Virus record (IMG/VR): IMGVR_UViG_3300027627_000028
Location: 1 to 24,392 of that record
DNA: 24,392 nt
DNA from: a virus
Lineage: Duplodnaviria; Caudoviricetes
Reading direction: 5' to 3' (one strand)
Shown here: positions 15,193 to 22,900 of the stretch, piece after piece
How the letters are laid out: every line of letters begins with the position of its first letter
How positions within the stretch are numbered: position 1 is the first letter of the stretch
The notes under the pieces: generated by a model
The model's database searches: none
Told to the model about the DNA's origin: nothing
What the model saw: only the letters and a program-made list of their open reading frames with translations
Made by a program: the position numbers and the translations under genes

Positions 15193-16047
15193 ATGAAATA
15201 CGTATTAATCTATTTCCAGGATTTAACTTCTGTCCTTGTCGGCATAAAGAAGGAGACGGATTTCGAGCTAGCCGTTGCGAGCATCTTAGCTAGAAATGGA
15301 AAAACCGGAACAGATGTCAAAGCGAGGTTCGAGGTACCCGCAGCCGACATGCCCCCGCAGTTCTACCTTGAGTGCTTCACCTTAAACGATAAAAACGAAT
15401 TAGTCTTTAATACCTCTTACGTCATAGACAAGCACTTAGATTTATTTTGGACGCCCATGAGAGACTATCTACTAGGGTCTTTGGACGTCGAATACATAAG
15501 GGCGGATGAGGCCGAAGATAAAGCGGAGAAAACTAAAATAACTAAAAGGAAAAATTTTCTTAGAGACCTGCCCGATTTTCTATTGAGAACTATGGCAAAG
15601 TCCAAAAATATAAAACTTAGCCTAGACACGCGCGCGGAAGACCTCGAGCCAGTAAGAGTTGTAGACACCTTCGTAAACCTAACTATGTCTCAACAACTTA
15701 ATCTTCGTAAGATATTTAATAAGGAGTGTTCCAGAGAGGCGGCTTTTAAAATAACTCCCTTCTACAACATCTTCGAAATAAAAGTCGTAGATGGCGGCAG
15801 CGGTTATACGCTGGAGCCACAGCTGACAATAGAGTGTGATTGCCCAACCGCCTTTCCCCCCATGATGAGGACGGAGATTGAGGGCGGAAGCGTTAAGAGC
15901 GTTATCGTAATTTCTCCAGGCTGCGGCTATGTCTGCCAGCCCATAGTGAAAATCTCTGCGCCTCAAAACCCAGGAGGCAGGCTAGCGGTCCTGACCACCC
16001 AAGTAGAGTACAAACTAGACAACGTTAACCACGGGCTTCCAATTTAG
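15193..16047 (+). CDS. Putative tail fibre assembly chaperone-like protein with C-terminal GSGY-type beta repeats
   Basis: RDYLLGSLDVEYIRADE...KITKRKNFLRDLP resembles the helical LRD(L/I)P tail-assembly-chaperone motif. IKVVDGGSGYTLEPQLTI and VIVISPGCGYVCQPIVKI are GSGY repeats. Located directly after J. Confidence 0.6.
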   Translation: MKYVLIYFQDLTSVLVGIKKETDFELAVASILARNGKTGTDVKARFEVPAADMPPQFYLECFTLNDKNELVFNTSYVIDKHLDLFWTPMRDYLLGSLDVEYIRADEAEDKAEKTKITKRKNFLRDLPDFLLRTMAKSKNIKLSLDTRAEDLEPVRVVDTFVNLTMSQQLNLRKIFNKECSREAAFKITPFYNIFEIKVVDGGSGYTLEPQLTIECDCPTAFPPMMRTEIEGGSVKSVIVISPGCGYVCQPIVKISAPQNPGGRLAVLTTQVEYKLDNVNHGLPI

Positions 16048-16915
16048 CAATTTTGTCTTCCATCGCTTTTAGCTTAGTGTCTAAGACTGTCAGTGTCTCG
16101 TTATAAACGGTAGCCGCAGAAAGGCTGTTCTCAATTAAATATGGAAGCTTGTAGTTTTCTGTAAAGTCTGTGATCAACTTGTAACTGGAGCTGAGTTTAG
16201 ATTCAGAGGCATACGGAGAGCTTAAAAATAATTGGTACTTATAGACAGATAGCTTCCCAGCCTTAATGTAACTCGGCAGCGCGTAGTTCAGTTTTATAAC
16301 GTAGTCTGCGCCTCTTTTTGATACTCCAAAAACCTCTCTGTTTATTATCGCTCTGTTATTGATGGTCTTATATATCAAAACCAACTCTAATCCAGACCCA
16401 TTACCTCCTGGTGGCTCATATCCGAACGATACTTGCTCAGTCGGAGTTTCCACGTATCTTCCGACATCGATTAGTTTTAATAGAGTCACGCCGCCAGTTG
16501 AATTAATCTCAGCGACCTCTAATCTAGAGTATCTATCTATTTTAGAGTCTGGATCTGTATATGGGGTGCCCTCTTTTATAGTTAGAACATCCCCCACTAA
16601 GTACCCCGCGCCGTGGTTCAAAAAACTTACGTTAGGATCTAGCTCGTACTCTTTATAAGAAATATCCAAGTTGTCCTCTAAAGTGAGACTAATATCTACG
16701 TTTTCTTTTATTAATAAATTGCCATCAATCGTCGCCTCGAACGCGGCAATGTAAAAAAGCTCTTCGTGCCTGGCAATAGTATAGCACTCTGGGTCTAAAT
16801 CGAATTTGATTCTGGAGCCCGATCTTAAATAAGATGGGTTGAATCTGGACTCGCAAACGACCCTATTGGTGTCCTTTAAAACCGAGGCTTTATTGTAGAT
16901 GTTCTGCTTTGCCAT
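16025..16915 (-). CDS. Putative virion structural protein with GxGY-type module and C-terminal coiled coil, 296 aa
   Basis: HGAGYLVGDVLTI...LEVAEINSTGGVTLLKLIDVGRY...GGNGSGLELVL; C-terminal heptads LTVLDTKLKAMEDKIAKLEA; downstream of the tape measure gene. Confidence 0.6.
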   Translation of the reverse strand: MAKQNIYNKASVLKDTNRVVCESRFNPSYLRSGSRIKFDLDPECYTIARHEELFYIAAFEATIDGNLLIKENVDISLTLEDNLDISYKEYELDPNVSFLNHGAGYLVGDVLTIKEGTPYTDPDSKIDRYSRLEVAEINSTGGVTLLKLIDVGRYVETPTEQVSFGYEPPGGNGSGLELVLIYKTINNRAIINREVFGVSKRGADYVIKLNYALPSYIKAGKLSVYKYQLFLSSPYASESKLSSSYKLITDFTENYKLPYLIENSLSAATVYNETLTVLDTKLKAMEDKIAKLEARG

Positions 16916-16954
16916 AATATATGATATTTGTTTTGAGCTTTTATTTAAAACTTA

Positions 16955-19900
16955 TTATTTTCCCTCATACAATAATCCGCCAGGGCGCTGCTGCTCGATA
17001 ATCGTTTGGAGTACTACGTCTTGCAATATGCCAGCGAATTTCTCACTATCCTCTGGGTTTGATTCTTCTCCCCCTTCCTTCTCTTCCCCTCCCTCTTTGG
17101 AGCTTGACTTCTCTGAGGTCGTTGCCTGGCCCTTGGCTACGTTTACCGTGACGGAGATGTTGTTTGTTATGGCTTGCCCAGCTACGGCAGCTTCCCCATT
17201 GGTCTGCTTACCCTTGCCGCCTTCAGTATCTTTCTCTGCCTCCGCGTCCTCTAGGACCTTCTGAATGCTTTCAGCAACCCCGATCAACTTCATTAAGCTC
17301 TGAGACACGACATCTGAAGAAGCGGGAGATGCGACTGGTTGTGGTAAGCCTACGCCCGAACCTCCTCCAGAGAAGACGCCCTCGCCTGGGACTAATCCTC
17401 CGTTCGCGAAACCCATTACGCCAGGATCAAAGTTGCCGCGATTAAGCTTGTCTAGAAATCCCATTCCATATTTTTCAACAGAGTCTTTTCTAACGACGTA
17501 TTCTCCGGCAGTTAACATCGCTGGGATTCGGTCTGTTCCTTCGGGGCCGGTCATCGGTCCGCCGCGAGCTTTCTTCTTCGCCTTATTAAACTGGAAATTG
17601 AAAGCAGATGAGCCTGTAGATGGCTTCTTCGCATTATACCCCATTTGATTCGAGAGATATTTCGAAGCTCCTTCGTTCGCGTTGCCTCCCCAAGCGTTTC
17701 CGAAGGCTCCCTCCGTCATCTTAACGGGCACGCGTGGCTGTTCTAAAAACTTGCCGCTTGGTCCGTAAAACTGCGGATTTGCATTGTAGGACGCGGCACG
17801 CGCAGCGCCTAACTCGATCATATTCGAGCTGCCATTCGAAAGTGCGCTTTGATAACTACTTTCTGCTCTTGAAGCCTGAGAGTATTTGATGTTCTCGCGT
17901 ATGGCGTCCGCTTGTTCCCCCATTCCCATCGATTGGAACTTAGATGCAGCGTCCTCCATCTGTGATGGATCGCCGCTATTTGCTTGCCCCTCAAGACCTG
18001 CTTGAACGGCGGCTCGACTTGTATACGAACCCACTAGAGATGACGCTGCGCCCATTCCAGCCGCCAGAGCAATTTCGCTACCACTACCGCCCATTCCAGC
18101 GGTAATAGCTGCGTTGCCCACTGCCGCAATGGATGCTTGTCCGGCTGGGCTTGCAATGAATTTGCCGAACTCGCCACCAATTGAACCTAGAGCCTGGCCC
18201 CCGATACTAACTGCTGCGCTAATCACCGCCCCTTTGAGCATTTGCTTTTTTTCAGTCTCGAAATCTTCTAAGGCGGTTTTCCTTCTGTTTACTTCATCTG
18301 CGAGGTATTGCCTGTAGTCCGTCAATAGGTCATACCTTCTATTTCTGAGTTCGTTCTGTGGGTTTTCCACGTCTTCAAGAGCTTGGTTGCTCATCCCCTG
18401 GTCGACAAAGAACTTACCGATAGTTGGCTTTTCTGGATCGTTATAAGCAAAGGTGTTAGATAGCGCAAACGATAGGGCGTTGTCACTCATCGAGGACGAA
18501 GATGCCGTTTGCGAGGGCATGCTTCCAGCGCCATAAAACTTATCTGTTTGAGTCGCAACGTTAATGTTTAAATCGTTTTTAGCCTCGTCGCTTCTTAGGT
18601 CTACCTGGCTGCCCCTGTCCGTCTTCATGATTAGCGGATCTTTTACGCTAGGCGCCGAAACAGCTTTTCCTATGGCTATCCCCATGCTGGCTGGCAATAT
18701 CTCATTTAAGCCACCCTTTTGTATGGCTATCCCCATGCTGGCTGGCAATATCTCATTGGGCACTAAGCCACCCCCCGCTAACTTAACTGGGCCGCCAGAG
18801 TTAAGCTTATCAAAAAACTTGTCGCCGTATTTGCTTACGGCGCCTTTGCGAATGACGTACTCTCCAGAGGTTAACATAGCCGGGACATCGTCTATTCCTC
18901 CGGAGCCGCCTTTAACTTTTCCTCCCGTCGCATACGCGCCGATGTTTCCGGCGCCCATCTGAGTATAGAATTTATTTATTCCTTGGTTGAAGCTCATCTT
19001 CATGAGGTTCTTCATCAAGCTCCTGGTAATGTCCTTCATTACGTCTTTAGCTTTTTTGCCTTCGAATGCAAACGACTCAAATCCGGTTTTGAAAGAGTCC
19101 ACCATGCTCTCTTTGATCGCTATCATGTCTTTGAGGAGCTGCTCTCTGGTGTTGGCACTTTCTGCGCGCATCTTAGACATGGAGTCCGCACCGAAGGCTT
19201 CCATGACGCCGATCTCTCCCCTGCGTAGTCTGCCTAAATTTTGATTGCTTTCGGCGTTTTGTATGCCAGTCGCGTCGGTCCTGCCCGTCGCGAAATCTTT
19301 TTTTGCCGTGTTGATTGCGGTATTTTCATCCCTTGCCTGAGTTTGTTTCGCCACGTCAAGAACGTCCGAATTTAGCTCTGCGGTGCTTTTTGCTAGATTC
19401 ATTCCGGCCATGTTAAATGCCGTCGTTGCTTCTGCCATTGCGGTTCTTAAGGCTGTACCATCCTGCGTAAAAGCCTTAAACATTGCGGCGGATTCGATGG
19501 CGCTTATTTCGACCGCGCTTAATGCGGTTTTGGTTCTCTCGATTGCCACCTCCAAGGCGTAACCGGGCGCAGAAACAGCACGCAATGCGGCGGCAGATTC
19601 TATGGCCCCTATTTTAGCTTGAACAAAAGCGTTTTCAGCTTTTTTGACAGCGGCATTCATCGCCTCATTTCCGATAGAGAGGGCCTGCAATTGACCTTTA
19701 GAAGTGTTAAGGGCGTTATCCAAGTCTTGCATGCTTTTATTTACTAAAAGTTGTGGGGCTGCATCGATAAGCTCTTTTAGTTTGTTTTCTGCTACTGAAC
19801 GCTCTTCGCTGCTTGTTGTGGCATCTACGATTATACGAGTTAGATCATTGATCGAGGTTATGTTGTTTTCATATGCTTTGTCAGCGGATGTAACCTGCGC

Positions 19901-22900
19901 ACCTATGAGAGTAGAGGATAATTTTTCTTTTTCGACGGTTTTCGAAAGAGCGTTGCTTCGGGTATCCTGTCGCGTTTTAAAATCCGGCATATAATATGGC
20001 CCGATAGGCTTGCCGTCCCGTGTTGTAGGAGTACCCGCCGGGGCCGGTTGGTTCGCTAAATTAACTGCCTCCTTTAATTTGCTTTGATCCGCTGTTTGAG
20101 CAGCAACAGTCTTGGCCCGTTCTGCTCTTTGATTAGCGGCCTGGGCTCCCAAAGCTTGGACATTGGCTTGCGATGCGGTGACATTCTGGGTACCAGCTTG
20201 ACCCACCTGCGGCACAGAGACGGGGGCAACTTTATCGGGGAACACGACCGACCGTTCTAAAAACTCGCCTCTTGATCCGTAAAACTGCGGATTTGCATTG
20301 TAGGACTCGTCACGCGCAGCGCGTAACTCGCTCACATTCGAGCTGAAACTCGAACGTGCGCTTTTATAATCACTTTCTAATTTTTGAGCCTTAGAATATT
20401 CCTTTTTTAAATCTAACTGCTTCTGCATTGGGTCAATTTTAGCTGTTAATTCTTTAGATTCGAGTTTCTCTGCGAGGTTCCGGGCGATATCTACGATGCC
20501 TTGATTGATGTTGTCACCAGCGTCGTTAAGCTCTTTGAGGGCCTTTTCAGCCAAGGGCTGAAGCTTACCGGGGATTGCTTTATTAAAATTCTCTCTGTTG
20601 GTTTTTTCTTCTGGGGTTTCTTTTCTGGTACCGTCTGCATTTTTTTCTAAAAGGCTTTGTTTTCGGGTCCACATAGGTGCGGGACGATTCTGAAGCTTAT
20701 CTGCTTCTACTCCAAGCCCTCTTAGAGAGCTTTCTGATTCCACTCTTTTTTGCGCATTTTCTTTCAGTAGAATGGCGGCTTCGAGAGATGCCATTTGCGT
20801 CTTTAATTTTTCATTTATTGCCCCTAAATCTAAGTTGGAGCTCGCCAGCAATAATATGGAATCCGTATTAAGACCCAGGGCGTTTGTCGCTAGATTTCTG
20901 ATTTTAGTCTCTCCATCTAAAACAGCTTCTTTGGCTTTGTTTTCTTCCTGCGTCATGTCTTTAGCGCTTAGGGCGTTTATAATCTGGCTGACTAACTCTG
21001 GATCGGCCGCGCCCCTTTTTTGTAAAACGTCCCTCTTCGCGCCTCTGTCTTTGGCCTCCAAGAGCTTCTCCGCGCCTTCTTTGCCCATTAACATATTTAA
21101 AGAGGCTTCAGCCTCTTGAAGGAAGGCTACGCGCTTAGCCTCTCGGAGCGGTTCCTCCACGTTAAATCCTTGTCGGCTTAACGTCTCATATCCAGAAACC
21201 TTATTTTTTGCAGTCTCCATCCTAGACGCAAAATTATTATTAAATTTATCTTTCGAGAAAATTCCTTCGATAGCGTTCGAGAAGTCGGTTGTTCCTAGGC
21301 CGCCAGTTTCAACCAGTTTTGTTCTCTCTTGGGATTTAAAATCAAGCTTAAGGAGGTCGTTTTGAAGCTGTTGGACTCTTGTGCTTTCTTTGAGCCTTAA
21401 GTCGTTTTGTTGTATAGAGGCGTTATAGTTGTCGAACTTGGCTTTTAGTTCTTCTTGGACGGTGGTGTTTCCGTTTAAAGACTCCACTAATGCCTCTTGA
21501 GCGGCTTGGCTCATTTCCTTGCCCTGTGAGAACCCTGTAAAAGCGTCGAAGATCGTCTTTTCTGCGCCTATTGGCCCGGGAGCGTTTAAATCTTTTCCGG
21601 CGTATTCAGAAAGTGAGTCGCTCTGGAAAGTTTTTGTTAATTTGTACTTTTCGAAGTTGGCTTCTTCTGTTAATTTGCTTATTTGGTATCGTGATGTTCT
21701 ATCCATTTTATCCAGCGCGTTAAGATCGGGCGAGTTTAAGTTGCTGGACTCAACGGCTTCAGTTACTTTTCTGCTTGAGTCAAATGTTATCTGAGACTTT
21801 GTGACCAAATCAGCTGAAGTCCGAGACATTCCTCGAACTGCCACGGCGACTTTAAAAGCCGCTACGCCAAGCTGTTGGAGTCCTCCAGTAGCTTGCTTGG
21901 CGGTTTTTTCTAATTGCTCTTTGTCTTTGATATCTTTTAAAAGAAATAATCTTTCGTTTGGATTAAGTTTTTTAATTTGCTGGCTCGACTCTTCGTCAAC
22001 TCCTAATGTCTTAGTTAATTGTCTGTCTGTCTGCTTCATTAGGTCGGAAAGGGTATACCCCTCTAGGTCACCGCCGGCATTAGAAATCGCTGTGCCTACA
22101 TTTTTGAGGCGATCCTTCTGAGACTCTTTAATCGGATCGGAAATGAAAAACGGACTGGCCTCCTTAATATCGGCTAAAAGACCGGGGATGGAGCCTTTTT
22201 CTTTTTTCTCTGCGAGATTTTTAGTAACTTTCGCGGTGACTTCGCCTATTTTAGACGTATCTGATCCAGCTTTTACTAGCTCCCCGAGCAAATCCGGATC
22301 ATCAACAGATTTGAGTTTTTGCATTAAATCTTTAATGGCGTTATCAAGTACCGCCCCGCCAATACCGCGAGAAAGAAGGTCATTTAAATTTGTTTGCGCC
22401 TGAGAGTATCCATTGAGACTTTCTACAGCTTTTGTCTGAGCTTTAGTGGCTAGCTCTAGAGCCTTAGCATAATCTTCTGATGTTTTTATTCCGGCTTTAT
22501 ACGCCCCAAATGCGCCTAGCGAAAGACCTAACGCAGCGCCAACTACTGCTCCAGGCACGCCGCCAATCATCGCTCCTGTGCCTGCCATTCCAGCGGCCTG
22601 GCCGATCATCGACACCCTAGCCTTTTTCCTCCTGCCTTCTGGGGTTTCGGTATCGCCGACAAATTGTTCCGCAGCGCCCGCTAAAACTTGTACGCCTAGT
22701 CCTGCGCCCATGCCCTTGTTTTTGATAAAATCTCCAAGTTTACTGTCAGCATAATTGCGATTAACTATTCCCATTGTGCCTTCCCCTCTTGCTCCGAAGA
22801 ACGTTTTATTCTTCTCCGCGTCGAGTCTTCCCTGGGCAAGAGCCGCTTGAGAGGTGGCTTGAGCGCCCGTAGCTTGAGCTTGAGAGGCCGCTTCATTAGC

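Noticed and set aside
6600-16047. Contractile injection system, tailocin or gene transfer agent
   Set aside because: No sheath, baseplate wedge or VgrG/PAAR genes are visible. The tip genes are lambda-type, and the gene sizes and phage-type leaders fit a large phage, although the head genes are outside the window.
17740-20378. Diversity-generating retroelement TR/VR pair
   Set aside because: Mismatches involve all four bases in both copies rather than only adenines of one copy, both copies are coding, and there is no reverse transcriptase in the window.
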